In this document: positions 43,596 through 54,332 of the stretch, piece after piece | Numbering within the stretch: the first letter of the stretch is position 1 | Layout of the letters: the number at the start of each line of letters is the position of its first letter | Virus record (IMG/VR): IMGVR_UViG_3300038499_000012 | Span: 64,001 to 120,760 of that record | From: a virus | Lineage: Duplodnaviria > Heunggongvirae > Uroviricota > Caudoviricetes | DNA: 56,760 nucleotides | Reading direction: 5' to 3' (one strand) | Notes under the pieces: generated by a model | The model's database searches: none | What the model was told of the DNA's origin: nothing | What the model saw: only the letters and a program-made list of their open reading frames with translations | Made by a program: the position numbers and the translations under genes

Positions 43596-45548
43596 TCATC
43601 CCGCCTTCACCGTAGGCAGTCCCTTAATCGGGGCTCCCGTGACATAATCAAAATGGCTTGGCATGGGACCTGCTCCCGTTACCATCCCACTTTTAGCTGG
43701 ATTATTACCAATAAGAACGGAAGCGGCTTTAACGATGGTTTTTACCTTACCTAATAAGGACGCCTTCAATCCACCATCCATTTCCACATTACCGAGAGTC
43801 GTTTTTATTATAACGTCCCCTTTTAAAATAGATACTTTACAATTACCTACTTTAATTTTTGTCGTTCTATCCCCTACAGTAATACTCTCCTCTATATTCC
43901 CTTTCCCTATGATAGTCATTTTCCTATTTCCGAAAGTCTGTATGGTCTCTTCAAGATTACCTTTCACAATAGTAAGCTCATCACTCCCCGTCGAAATAGT
44001 AGTCTTACGCTGACCAAATCGGCATTGCTTCTCCTTAACGGCTATCTCTGTAAAAACACCTAAAACATTCACCGTATTATCGACATTGAACTCGGAATTG
44101 GCAGACCCACGAATACGTTCCGTCTTAAGACCATCTACAGTCAGATTGTATTCCTGACCCACTTCTATGGTCTTATATCCCTGAACATATTCCGAGGCAT
44201 TTCCAAATACGGTCTCTGCCTTAGCAGTGCCTGATTCATCATTAGCACCGTATTCATAATAGGCACCACTCGAAGTACGGATATCTATACTGCGAGTTTT
44301 TTCTTTGGTATTGTGGGCTCCAATGTCCCACTTCACTCCACCCCTGGCCACAAAGTCCCACGAATTCCCTGAGTCAGCCTCAAATCCCCATATCTCCTTA
44401 AGGTTCCCCTGGGCAAGAATGGACATTGACCGGCCGTTGCCCAGAGGGTTAGACATGGAGGCACCAAGATTCATGTAGTAGTGACCCTCTTTGTCCACTC
44501 CGAGAAACGTTCCCGATTTATGAAAATGTAGGGCGTATGCCAGGCCTAGATTGGCTATTTCATCTGCCCCCTTCTTCTGGGAGCATTGTATCAAATCAAA
44601 CTTCCCGACCTTATCAATCCGTGATGAGAACAGAACCGGTCGAAGCATGACGGCATAACGCTTATTGTCCTGTTTAGCCCCCGCATAGTTACCCATGACC
44701 ATGGTGACTATCGGGTCTCGACGGGTAGTAGCGGCATAGCCGTTGATGTCATTGGTATCGAGTATCCCATCACCTTTTTCATCCACATCAACACGATACT
44801 CTGTATAGAACTGGGTGTCATACTCAATACTTGCTCCAAAGGGGACCATATAGATGACATCCCGGCCATCGGGCGTCGTGATTTCACGGGTGTTAGTATT
44901 CTCGATGCGTTTGCCTTGAGCATCGAAAATGTTGGCTTTATTTCGGATGATGGCTCCGGCATGTACTGAGGCCCCATCTGCGAATATGAAATGATTCAGG
45001 GATGTGTTGATGATGGACTGGTCGGATTGCCGGAGGAGTATAGAATCGTGCATTGCATCGGATGCTTCTAGATTTCCATTCACGAGCATCTGACCGCCGA
45101 GTGAGGAGGACATTATCATGTCTCCTTCACTGAGCTTTCGGAATCGATATTGAACTATATTTTCATCTTCATTGGGTATTGCATCAGGATTGAATTTAAC
45201 AGCATTATGTTGCAGGGATGCAGACATGGCCGGCGGAAGATATGAAAGAAGAAGCGGGGCCCCTTTACCGTGGCCTTCATCATAGAAACCGAAAATTCCT
45301 ATGGCATGCTCTTCGGGAAGCATGCCCATACAGCCGGATGGTCCTGCATAAGGGAAAGATATAGGTATCCAAGCAGGAGATCCTGACCCAGTAGTCCATT
45401 GAATCTTCATTCGATATCGGTCGTAGTCTATTTCTAATATCTCACCGACTCGAACATAGAAATACCGATTATATTGATTGGCCCCATGAAAGTTTCTGAA
45501 TACTTCATGAGGTTGCTCGCCTTTGGAATATAACCGACCAGCATTCAT
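43596..45548 (-). CDS. Baseplate central spike (gp5/VgrG/gpV-like)
   Basis: N-terminal OB-fold-like YVRVGEILEIDYDRYRMKIQW...WIPISFPYAG. C-terminal beta-helix-like repeats (ELTIVKGNLEETI, NIEESITVGDRTTKI). Confidence 0.7.
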   Translation of the reverse strand: MNAGRLYSKGEQPHEVFRNFHGANQYNRYFYVRVGEILEIDYDRYRMKIQWTTGSGSPAWIPISFPYAGPSGCMGMLPEEHAIGIFGFYDEGHGKGAPLLLSYLPPAMSASLQHNAVKFNPDAIPNEDENIVQYRFRKLSEGDMIMSSSLGGQMLVNGNLEASDAMHDSILLRQSDQSIINTSLNHFIFADGASVHAGAIIRNKANIFDAQGKRIENTNTREITTPDGRDVIYMVPFGASIEYDTQFYTEYRVDVDEKGDGILDTNDINGYAATTRRDPIVTMVMGNYAGAKQDNKRYAVMLRPVLFSSRIDKVGKFDLIQCSQKKGADEIANLGLAYALHFHKSGTFLGVDKEGHYYMNLGASMSNPLGNGRSMSILAQGNLKEIWGFEADSGNSWDFVARGGVKWDIGAHNTKEKTRSIDIRTSSGAYYEYGANDESGTAKAETVFGNASEYVQGYKTIEVGQEYNLTVDGLKTERIRGSANSEFNVDNTVNVLGVFTEIAVKEKQCRFGQRKTTISTGSDELTIVKGNLEETIQTFGNRKMTIIGKGNIEESITVGDRTTKIKVGNCKVSILKGDVIIKTTLGNVEMDGGLKASLLGKVKTIVKAASVLIGNNPAKSGMVTGAGPMPSHFDYVTGAPIKGLPTVKAG

Positions 45549-47818
45549 GATCCTTGCCCCTGATTAACCAAATTCTTAGACTTCTCATTCGAGAAACCCG
45601 AAGGAACCGTATTGGTGACCGAATCCTTATTTTCAGCAGATCCTGACTTATTATCTTGAGCCACTGCAGCATCTATAGACATGGTATCATCAACATTTAC
45701 ATACGAAGGAACAATACCATCCTCGTTCGCGGGTATCTTGCTGAAGAACATGGACATGAGCTGCGATTCTTGAGCAGAGGATGCCGGCACCATCATTGTC
45801 ATCATATCATTCTTAGCTAACTGAAGACGCTCAATTCCTGATGTGCCTGCGGCTATACCCATATCTACGGAATCCATACGGGTCTGGCCTGTTGCGATAA
45901 TACCCCTTCCATACCTGAATCCTCCTACTACCCGATAACCCTCTTCATCTGTCAGAGGAACGGTCTTATCGGTCACAGAAGATTCTACCTCACCTGCTGT
46001 TCCAGGACTCTGATCAACAACTTCATAACGGCCCTGATAAATTGATGCGAGTCTGTTCATATCCTGAAGGAGACTAAGACTATTAGCTTCTTCTTTCGTA
46101 AGACTCATAGCCTTGAGATCTTTTTCCGTCAAATTTACCTTACCAGGTTCAAGCCCTTCTTTGAACTTATAGATTTTTCTCGTCATCAACGAAGGAGGTT
46201 GAGCATTATAATCGTACGCCCTCTTACGTTCTGCTTCAAGAGACAGGGTTGTACTAAAAGATCCTCCGTAATCAAATGAATGATTAATAGATTTTACGTA
46301 ATGAAAAGAATCCCTGTGCGTAAGATATATAGGATACCCCAGACGCATCTCAGGTCTACCTGGTATAGTCACACTTCCTGTAAAACACTTAGAATTTATT
46401 AGACTGAGATGGCCAACAGCCAGCTGAGCAGCTACCCTGGCATCCGACTTGATGTATTGAAGGGGCATTTCCTTGAACCGAAGACCGTATCTTTTTGCCA
46501 ATTCAATATCCATGTGGAATCCTACTCCACTAGGATTCTCGGGTCCCCGCAATTGTCCGTGGAAGGGTGTCTTTACCTGTAGAACTGTAACAATACCTTC
46601 CGTTTCCGTTTGGAAGCTGCAGTTTATGACATCATTGGGTCGTACTACATAGGGTTCTACATACTTAGTATTCAGATTAAAGAATGGGGGTTTGAACATG
46701 AATACCCCATCCACATCCTGAAAGAATTCATACTCTACACGATTCTTGACCTCTGTAGCTATTTCAAGTTTGGACATGTATTCCGCGTCAGAGAAATCCG
46801 ACATCTTATCAAATTCAAAAAACACCGTAAATCTTCTCAAACTTTCAGTTACATCAAATTCCCGAATATCCGCATAGAATGATGCCTTCTTCTTATTGGA
46901 ATTTGCAGGTAAAGGAGCTTTCTTCACCGGCATGGCCTGTATCGTTGCTATTTCCCCAGAAGCCGATTTAACTATCAACCGATCTCCTTTAGCACCGTAC
47001 ATCTTCAAAAGCGTTCCAAGATTTAAGAAACGTTCTTGCCAATAGTTCATGATTCCAAGAGCATTCTGTTTCAGTACTCCGGGGGGATATATCTGTTTCA
47101 ATGGTGTTTTCTGTGCCAACCACGAAGGAACAACAAACATGTGTGCTACTTTATCCAGCAATTCCTGATTAGCTTTAGCATCCCTACTGCGAGGCACATA
47201 CATATCATTAGCCAATCGCCACATTATGGTAAATGGATTGGCGTTCTTGAATATGGTTTGATAAGGAGTCAGTGTCTGACCCCCACCCATGGCTATATTA
47301 GATTCAGGGACGGGATGGGTATTTATCTGGACATAAGACCACCAATGCAGCATATCCACGCATTGAAGGGTTATCTTGTAGGCCCCACCAGAGTAATTTT
47401 CTTCAACATTAGTAATTAAGCCCCAAAAAGCCGGGTAATACTTCGGCTGCATATCTACAAGAAAACGCCCTTTGAAATATATTTTAACTTCCATCATAGG
47501 GCCGAAAATGGGCACCCTGTACGATTTACCTTCTGTAGAGAATGTTGTCCAATACTTAGAATTTTCATTGTAGATCGGAGCGGTGATTTCAATACTAGCG
47601 CTGGAACTTCCAGGAGGATCTACATTATTCTGAATGCTGACTGTGGTGATGCCGTCATTGAACGACACCTTTTGGTTCGTAGAAGTTACAGGAGCTATGA
47701 TAGATGTGGAAAGATGCCCACCGACATACACAAGAACGTCGGGGGCAAGTTTTATGATTCCCCTACTTCTAAATTCAGACTGAGTAAAAAGTCCTGAATC
47801 ATTCGTCAAACTTGACAT
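45545..47818 (-). CDS. Baseplate hub protein (gp27/gpD/Mu gp44-like)
   Basis: PMMEVKIYFKGRF, FWGLITNVEENYSGG, ITLQCVDMLHW, YEFFQDVDGVFMFKPPF, GSVTIPGRPEMRLGYP, YVKSINHSF...FSTTLSL. Confidence 0.72.
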   Translation of the reverse strand: MSSLTNDSGLFTQSEFRSRGIIKLAPDVLVYVGGHLSTSIIAPVTSTNQKVSFNDGITTVSIQNNVDPPGSSSASIEITAPIYNENSKYWTTFSTEGKSYRVPIFGPMMEVKIYFKGRFLVDMQPKYYPAFWGLITNVEENYSGGAYKITLQCVDMLHWWSYVQINTHPVPESNIAMGGGQTLTPYQTIFKNANPFTIMWRLANDMYVPRSRDAKANQELLDKVAHMFVVPSWLAQKTPLKQIYPPGVLKQNALGIMNYWQERFLNLGTLLKMYGAKGDRLIVKSASGEIATIQAMPVKKAPLPANSNKKKASFYADIREFDVTESLRRFTVFFEFDKMSDFSDAEYMSKLEIATEVKNRVEYEFFQDVDGVFMFKPPFFNLNTKYVEPYVVRPNDVINCSFQTETEGIVTVLQVKTPFHGQLRGPENPSGVGFHMDIELAKRYGLRFKEMPLQYIKSDARVAAQLAVGHLSLINSKCFTGSVTIPGRPEMRLGYPIYLTHRDSFHYVKSINHSFDYGGSFSTTLSLEAERKRAYDYNAQPPSLMTRKIYKFKEGLEPGKVNLTEKDLKAMSLTKEEANSLSLLQDMNRLASIYQGRYEVVDQSPGTAGEVESSVTDKTVPLTDEEGYRVVGGFRYGRGIIATGQTRMDSVDMGIAAGTSGIERLQLAKNDMMTMMVPASSAQESQLMSMFFSKIPANEDGIVPSYVNVDDTMSIDAAVAQDNKSGSAENKDSVTNTVPSGFSNEKSKNLVNQGQGS

Positions 47819-47821
47819 TAA

Positions 47822-48856
47822 TCACCTCGTACCCAGTATACTGGTGCCTTTCTCATGGTGTCTCAACAAAAGTGCACCCAACTCTTCATTTTGTTCAACA
47901 CTACCATCCGTATAAAACCGTTTTATGGCCTCATCAAAACCTAACCCAGTTTCCCTTACCCATAAATTCATAATCCATTGCTGATCTTGAGGAGACATAG
48001 GCTCAATAGGAGTCTCTGTACCTAATTTTGTGATATCTCCCATAAGCCTAACAGTATTTCCAGTTCGGTTAGAAGTCTCTGCCGTGGCCCCTTCTTCTAG
48101 TGTCACAGGAGCGCCACTCCCTTCTTTATCCGAAATAGCTTGGAAGTGCCCTCGAACTTCTTTATACCCGTTGCTCAAACAACTGATTATGAACTCAAAG
48201 TTATAGTTTAAAAGATAAGGATGCTCGGCATCCTCGTCCAACGTGAACGTATTGAAATGACCCATGAAGGTTTGATCATCATAGTCTATTTCCACTCCCT
48301 GAACTACACTGACTACACGAGTAAGAATTGAGGTCTTAGTAGGATCAAGGAGTCTATACCCATTATTTCTATAGGCATTCATCAAGGCCATAAAATTCAA
48401 AAATGCGAAAGAGCGACGACGGAAAAAATTCGTAATCCCCACACCAGGAACCATAAATGCCGCTGTTTTACCGGTCGAAGTCAAGATATCCTGATTATTA
48501 CCCCAAAGCTGAGTCACGAATCCATTTCTGGTATATGAAAAAGAAGTCGCATTGGTCTTACCATGGTTCAATGACTCAGGACTGATAAGCATCATTATCC
48601 GAATACGGCGTCCATCTTTCCCTGCTATCGAAATATACAGAGGTAAAACAGGCTCTATAGCACCTGTAAGGTCCGTATCCAAGGCGGTATCAGCAGCCTG
48701 ACGTAGGGTATCCGATATCTGAACTCCTGTTGAAGCTACAGGGAAATCTTCCGATATGATGGATTGATAAGACTCGCTGGAAGGACTGTTATTAAGGAAA
48801 TCGTCAGTATCTTTTCTTCCTTGGGCCTTCATATTATTGGGTCCTGCGAGACACAA
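47822..48856 (-). CDS. Tail tube initiator-like baseplate protein (paralogue of 48834..49634)
   Basis: MLISPESL...TRNGFVTQLWG...DYDDQTFMGHFNTFTLDEDAEHPYLLNYNFEF. Lies between tape measure and hub. Confidence 0.6.
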   Translation of the reverse strand: MCLAGPNNMKAQGRKDTDDFLNNSPSSESYQSIISEDFPVASTGVQISDTLRQAADTALDTDLTGAIEPVLPLYISIAGKDGRRIRIMMLISPESLNHGKTNATSFSYTRNGFVTQLWGNNQDILTSTGKTAAFMVPGVGITNFFRRRSFAFLNFMALMNAYRNNGYRLLDPTKTSILTRVVSVVQGVEIDYDDQTFMGHFNTFTLDEDAEHPYLLNYNFEFIISCLSNGYKEVRGHFQAISDKEGSGAPVTLEEGATAETSNRTGNTVRLMGDITKLGTETPIEPMSPQDQQWIMNLWVRETGLGFDEAIKRFYTDGSVEQNEELGALLLRHHEKGTSILGTR

Positions 48857-49634
48857 ATTTATAGGCTGTACGTTCCGACTTGAATGTTATAGTGTATGTG
48901 AATCTGAATGGTGTATTGGCGTCTTCATTCAAATCGATACTCTCGAAATACCCCAAATAGGATGCGTAGTCATAGCTTATTCTGATATACCGACGTTCCT
49001 GTACGAATCCCTGATTATCGAAGATGCACCCATTAGTAGCGAATATCTCTATGAGTCTTTTGAATTCCCGATAGGACATCGTAGTCCGTCTCTGAGCTAC
49101 CGTCAGACCTGGTTCCGTTTCAAGCATCCTTCTGGTAGTATGAGTAATGAGATTGTACTCTGTGACGCCCATATAAGAATAGAAATCCGCCCGAGCATCG
49201 GCCTTATACGGGTCTGCGGCTTGTGATACGGCCGCTCTTCCTGCTTGTGCTAGGGAGGGGGATCCTATAACGAATGCCGCGGAGCTACCCTGAAGGGTTA
49301 CGGTGTCTATTTCCTCTCCCCAATGGTCTTCTATCCATCCTACCATGGATTGAGTACGATTGATGATTTTTGCTAAATTTACGCTTACAGATGCCGGATT
49401 AATCATCAGACGAATACCTAATATTTCACGATTTGGTCCGCTGGCATCTGGAGGAAAGGGTATGGTTGTTGGAGTGACGCCATCCGATTTGACTATTTCG
49501 ATAAAAAACGGCATGACGTCTTTAAGTTTGGGGACTCCTTTATATTCGTACAAATAGTCCGAAAATGTCAATAGAGAGTCCGGAGTACCGGCTACGTAAT
49601 CTTCCTGAGCAGTATCTCTGAATGTTTGTGCCAT
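48834..49634 (-). CDS. Tail tube initiator-like baseplate protein
   Basis: LMINPASV...QSMVGWIEDHWGEE...SYDYASYLGYFESIDLNEDANTPFRFTYTITF. Confidence 0.6.
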   Translation of the reverse strand: MAQTFRDTAQEDYVAGTPDSLLTFSDYLYEYKGVPKLKDVMPFFIEIVKSDGVTPTTIPFPPDASGPNREILGIRLMINPASVSVNLAKIINRTQSMVGWIEDHWGEEIDTVTLQGSSAAFVIGSPSLAQAGRAAVSQAADPYKADARADFYSYMGVTEYNLITHTTRRMLETEPGLTVAQRRTTMSYREFKRLIEIFATNGCIFDNQGFVQERRYIRISYDYASYLGYFESIDLNEDANTPFRFTYTITFKSERTAYKFVSRRTQ

Positions 49635-49639
49635 TACTA

Positions 49640-52600
49640 CTATCTCATACCGGTTAGTTGTTCTTTATACAACACACCACGAATTTCATTAGCTATTCTT
49701 TGTGCCAGATCTTTTTCAGTTGCGTTCACATTGATGGTGATACTTTTCTGAGCTGCTCCTCCAGGGGCCGCAGCAAGAGTAGGATTGGCCGGTACCTCTT
49801 TTATCCGTTTAGGGGTTGTATAGGCCATGTCTGGAGGTGTAATATTCTTGGGAAGGATCCATTCCCCACGATGCAGAAGTGTAGCCATCTTAGGTTTTGT
49901 CACCTGCATAGGATTTCTTAGACCCTGTTCAAGTTTTTCAGGTGAAGGGGCATCCAAAATCTTACCTTCTGTTTTTTCAAATTCACTAGCCACATCGGCT
50001 CTACTTTTAAAAGAATCCTGCTGAACTCCTTTTAAAACATACTCTTCCTTAACAGCCTTACGAGCTCCCTCTACATTGTACCCTGCTTTTTTCCCTCCAG
50101 ACATTTTATATGCCTTATGCAAATCTTTAACACTTACACTCATTTTTTTCGCAGCATCTTCCGTTGATAATCCAGAACCTTCAAGAATTTGGGCTTCATC
50201 AGCTATTTCCTTCATGGCTTCTGGACTTGCTTTTACCAATAATTTCTGCCAATAAAGAGCTTGCTTATTAGTCTCATCTAACTGACTTAGGTATGTAGAA
50301 GCTTGTGTAAATAGCTGAAGTTTAGATTCGTTCTGTTTTATTTGAGTATCATTTGACGCTTTAATTTCACTAAGATAGCCAGCACTTTTTTTCGCCATTT
50401 TCGTTTTAAAATTCTCCCACTTTTCCTGTTTTGTCTTATCTACTGTTTCGTCTTTTATACCCTGCAACTCTTTAATCATCCCAGGGTCTGATGTCTTACT
50501 CATTATATCAGCTACATCATTTACTGATCCACCAGAGATCTCTTTTAACACATCCATGTTTTTCTTAATAGAACCCCATCTTTGTTCAAGAGTACTATAA
50601 AAAGCCTTTTCCTCTGGATTAGCAGTGGAAGTCATTCCTTGTTTTGCCTTACCATAAGCAACATCTACAGCTTTATAGGAGTCTTTGGAACTAAGAGCAG
50701 CTTCAATATCTTTATTTATGTTTTGAGAAACCATCGTACTTTTCTTATACATTTTCATCATCTCTAAAGATTTAAGCTGTGCTTCCTTCTGAGACTCCGC
50801 CGTGATATTACCATCACCATCTGTTTTTAGAATATTACTTAAAATAGGATTCTGAGTTTTCAAAAGTTTCAGCTGTTCTGCTGCATTTTTCTGTTCATCA
50901 GTCTGATAAGCCTCCCCCTTAGTAAGCCATTTGAATATATCGAAAACACCCTTATTTATCATTGTGAACATTTTATAATTATAGGCATACCACTTAAATG
51001 CGTCTGTTCCTATTTTCTGCATTTCCTCAAATGACAAAGTCTGATCTCTAATTTCCTTAAAAGTGTCATCTGACATAGCAGACATCTGATTTGCTGTAAA
51101 TTGATCTTTATTCGTCCTTGCCAACGTCATCTTCTGGTTGAGCTTAGCCATCTTCTCTGAATCCAAAAATCCTTGTACAGTAGCCCCTTTTTGACCCCTC
51201 AAAAGTCCTGAAAGCTCTTTCCTGGAATTTTCACTGGACGACAATAACAATGCCCAATCTTGAGCCATTCCCTCATCCATCCCAAGCTGGGATTGCAACA
51301 GTTGAGCTAACTGTTGCGTTGCCAATATCTGATCATCCCCCGTTGTTTTACCTATCAAATCAAGACCAGCTATAATATCAGTGTTACCTGATTTAGAAAG
51401 TGCTATAGCGGAATCAAAAAACTTTCCAGAAGAATCCGCCATATTTTGAAGTCTGTCGGCCGTAACCGCGGTCTCTTCAACCAGCATACGAACTACTTTT
51501 TCTGATATACCCTGTTTTTCCGCAGCCTTAATAGCAACCCATATCTTATCTCCAGTTATCTGAGACATGTCCCTTACACCAGTCATAGCCGTTATAGCCT
51601 TCATCAATAATTCTGGAGCATCTTCCGCAAGAGCACCCATCTCAGTAGCCTGCTGAACAGAACCTTTGCCTATCATCCTTTCATATCTGATTGATTTCTG
51701 ATTGTTTGCATACACCTCAGTCCGAAGTTTTTTCAATTCTTCAGTCTCAGCTGAAGAACGATCCTTCTTACCCTCCAAAAGCTCTATACGACCCTTTAAA
51801 TTAACGTTTTTACCCTTGAATTTTTCGGCCAAATCCTGAAACATTTTGTTAGTAACATTCCCACTCTGGTTCGCAAAGTCTATAATTGCAGCCTGTGAAG
51901 ACATTGCACCACTTTTGAATACCTGAAACATATCCTCGGTTGCCTTAGCAGCATCATCCGAACCGCCAATCATATCCTCACTGAATCGTGTCATGGTTTT
52001 ACCAGCAGCCCCAATAGCCACATTATACAAGGATAGAGAAGCGGAAGCATTCTGTACCACACCCCAAAATCTGTCCGCGGAAAGCCCGGCCTTACGAGCA
52101 TCAAAGGCTATCTGAGTGAAGGTCTCATCTATCTTATCCATTCCCAAACGGAAATTATTGATGAGTTCAGCAACCATACTTCCCACATAAGGCAGATCAA
52201 GACCCAAAGACCGACTGGCCTTAGCCGCCACATATACCGCATCTCTATAACTCAACATTCCCGTCTCAAGCTTACCTAAATTCGTTCCGGCCTGTACGAT
52301 TGACTGTAAGAATCCTCGCACTTCATCAGCATTTAGACCTACTTCTAAATTCTTAGACACACTATAAATCTGATCATTAAACTTCTTGAACTGGGCAGCG
52401 ACATCCTTAGTCATGATGTCCGGACCGCGAACAGAAGCAAATCCTTTATTCGCATTCTTGACAAACTTATCGGCTTCCATCCCTAGATTCCATATCGCCT
52501 TGGCAGCAGCAAAAATTCCACTTAGAATAGCAAGAGGCATTGCAAGTTTTGTAAGCCCACCCAACAGCTTACCTGCCCCCTTAGCAGCAGAACCTATTTT

Positions 52601-53278
52601 ACCAAGAGCACCAGGAAGGCCTTTATATTTTTCTCCTATTTCACCTAGTGCCTCAGCATGATCTTTTGCAGCTGAGGCGCTCTTCAGTATCGAACCCGGA
52701 GAAGCCTTCCAGAATTTGAGCATGTCTCCGGCATAACCCATACCCTTACCAGTAGCTTCATACGCATCTGCCACATCATGAGTGGCATCACGGGTAGCGA
52801 TGATATTTTTTTCAAGCTGTTGATATACAGCTCTCTGTTCCTTAAGTTTTTTACTTATTTCATCAAGAGCGCTACCCTCAAGATCCTTTTTATCTTCAAT
52901 CTCCTTTTCCAGGGCCTCAATCCCTTTAGCAACTTCATTGATACTTTTCAAATAACCTTGAATAGCATCTTTAGAAAATCCCTTCTCTGTACTAAAAGCC
53001 ATCTTCGTAACATCGCCAGTCAGTTCCCCTATCCCTCTCTGAAGTTTATTAATTTCTCCTTGAAAGAGATGACTCGCTTTTACAGCAGTACTAATAGCAT
53101 GAGCCTGATTTTTAGCACCTTTTGTGCCTTTATCAAAAACAACATTCAGGTCTTTCACCATTCCGGAAATGCTCTTCGTGAGCTGATCAATACTCGTACG
53201 AATTGGATCAACTATATCCTGTAACTGCTTCTTAGCTACCTTAGAAGAAGCACCCGCTGATACTTTACGTTCTGCCAT
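49640..53278 (-). CDS. Tail tape measure protein
   Basis: 1212-aa helical A/K/G/S-rich ORF after the tube and chaperones. C-terminal LHRGEWILP and ITINVNA motifs. Confidence 0.85.
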   Translation of the reverse strand: MAERKVSAGASSKVAKKQLQDIVDPIRTSIDQLTKSISGMVKDLNVVFDKGTKGAKNQAHAISTAVKASHLFQGEINKLQRGIGELTGDVTKMAFSTEKGFSKDAIQGYLKSINEVAKGIEALEKEIEDKKDLEGSALDEISKKLKEQRAVYQQLEKNIIATRDATHDVADAYEATGKGMGYAGDMLKFWKASPGSILKSASAAKDHAEALGEIGEKYKGLPGALGKIGSAAKGAGKLLGGLTKLAMPLAILSGIFAAAKAIWNLGMEADKFVKNANKGFASVRGPDIMTKDVAAQFKKFNDQIYSVSKNLEVGLNADEVRGFLQSIVQAGTNLGKLETGMLSYRDAVYVAAKASRSLGLDLPYVGSMVAELINNFRLGMDKIDETFTQIAFDARKAGLSADRFWGVVQNASASLSLYNVAIGAAGKTMTRFSEDMIGGSDDAAKATEDMFQVFKSGAMSSQAAIIDFANQSGNVTNKMFQDLAEKFKGKNVNLKGRIELLEGKKDRSSAETEELKKLRTEVYANNQKSIRYERMIGKGSVQQATEMGALAEDAPELLMKAITAMTGVRDMSQITGDKIWVAIKAAEKQGISEKVVRMLVEETAVTADRLQNMADSSGKFFDSAIALSKSGNTDIIAGLDLIGKTTGDDQILATQQLAQLLQSQLGMDEGMAQDWALLLSSSENSRKELSGLLRGQKGATVQGFLDSEKMAKLNQKMTLARTNKDQFTANQMSAMSDDTFKEIRDQTLSFEEMQKIGTDAFKWYAYNYKMFTMINKGVFDIFKWLTKGEAYQTDEQKNAAEQLKLLKTQNPILSNILKTDGDGNITAESQKEAQLKSLEMMKMYKKSTMVSQNINKDIEAALSSKDSYKAVDVAYGKAKQGMTSTANPEEKAFYSTLEQRWGSIKKNMDVLKEISGGSVNDVADIMSKTSDPGMIKELQGIKDETVDKTKQEKWENFKTKMAKKSAGYLSEIKASNDTQIKQNESKLQLFTQASTYLSQLDETNKQALYWQKLLVKASPEAMKEIADEAQILEGSGLSTEDAAKKMSVSVKDLHKAYKMSGGKKAGYNVEGARKAVKEEYVLKGVQQDSFKSRADVASEFEKTEGKILDAPSPEKLEQGLRNPMQVTKPKMATLLHRGEWILPKNITPPDMAYTTPKRIKEVPANPTLAAAPGGAAQKSITINVNATEKDLAQRIANEIRGVLYKEQLTGMR

Positions 53279-53282
53279 ACAA

Positions 53283-54332
53283 TCAATTCCTTGACGTTAA
53301 AACTTTAGCACCAACCTTGGTCAAGAACTTGTCCTTATCCTCCAGAGAGGCCACATCCTCAGACTGCACAGATACCAATGAAGAAGACCTCTTACGCAGA
53401 ATCTCCCGCATCTCCTCAGGAGTAACAGCCCTCTGCGTTGAAGTAATGCCGGCAGGAGCATCCCCACGTGCCGCCAACATCCTCTCCTCAGCTTCCTTCG
53501 CCTTATTGTCCGCCTCATCCTTCAACTTCTTCAGATAATCCTCAATAAACAAATCATGCCTGTCCTTCACCCCATTCATCTGCCTGTTGAGCTCATCCAA
53601 AAGCTCCTCCACCGTATCCACAGGTGCCGCCCATCCCTCAGGAGACCATCTACCCTCAGTCTCCCTATACCCTATCTCCGCAAGCTGTTTACGCCTGTCT
53701 TCGGAAGACTGAAGATTAGCGTCATGCTGACTACGTATCTTCCGAGTACCCTTAGGATTTGATGCAGAAGCTATTAATAGAGCATTAGAAAATTCCCGAT
53801 TATACTGCGCCTCATCATCAAGCATCCTGTTTATCTGTATCCAACTCTCCTGATGAGCATTTAATCCCATCTCCTTGGTACCAACAATACCCGTAAAAGC
53901 CTCGTCATTAGGCACCCCACCACACATAACCTTCCAACTACGTCGAGAATGATCCGTGTACGAAAATCCCTCCAAATACTTCAGAACATCAAAAGACCTA
54001 CTACGAACAGCATTCATCTCCGTAAAAAATTTCTTGAATAACACATCAGGCATGATCATGAAAGACTCACACAACTCAGAAAGCAAACTACTACGTCCTA
54101 TTAAAACATTATCCCCATCAAACAGAAAAAGACTGTGCACCAGAAAAAGTGTATTGAACCGAACGAGATAATCGGGCCTGTCCGGATGACCTGCATAGGC
54201 CTTCATCAAACTGAACTCGCGCTCATTCACAGTCTTGAAGACAAAGCTCTTCCCATTCAGGATCAACTCCGTAGTTAGAAAACCCCTGAAGATCAAATCC
54301 GACAATGCCCCGTAGGCTTCATCCCGGGTCAT
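53283..54332 (-). CDS. Tail assembly chaperone-like protein 2
   Basis: Position between tube and tape measure. N-terminal domain resembles the upstream chaperone. Confidence 0.55.
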   Translation of the reverse strand: MTRDEAYGALSDLIFRGFLTTELILNGKSFVFKTVNEREFSLMKAYAGHPDRPDYLVRFNTLFLVHSLFLFDGDNVLIGRSSLLSELCESFMIMPDVLFKKFFTEMNAVRSRSFDVLKYLEGFSYTDHSRRSWKVMCGGVPNDEAFTGIVGTKEMGLNAHQESWIQINRMLDDEAQYNREFSNALLIASASNPKGTRKIRSQHDANLQSSEDRRKQLAEIGYRETEGRWSPEGWAAPVDTVEELLDELNRQMNGVKDRHDLFIEDYLKKLKDEADNKAKEAEERMLAARGDAPAGITSTQRAVTPEEMREILRKRSSSLVSVQSEDVASLEDKDKFLTKVGAKVLTSRN

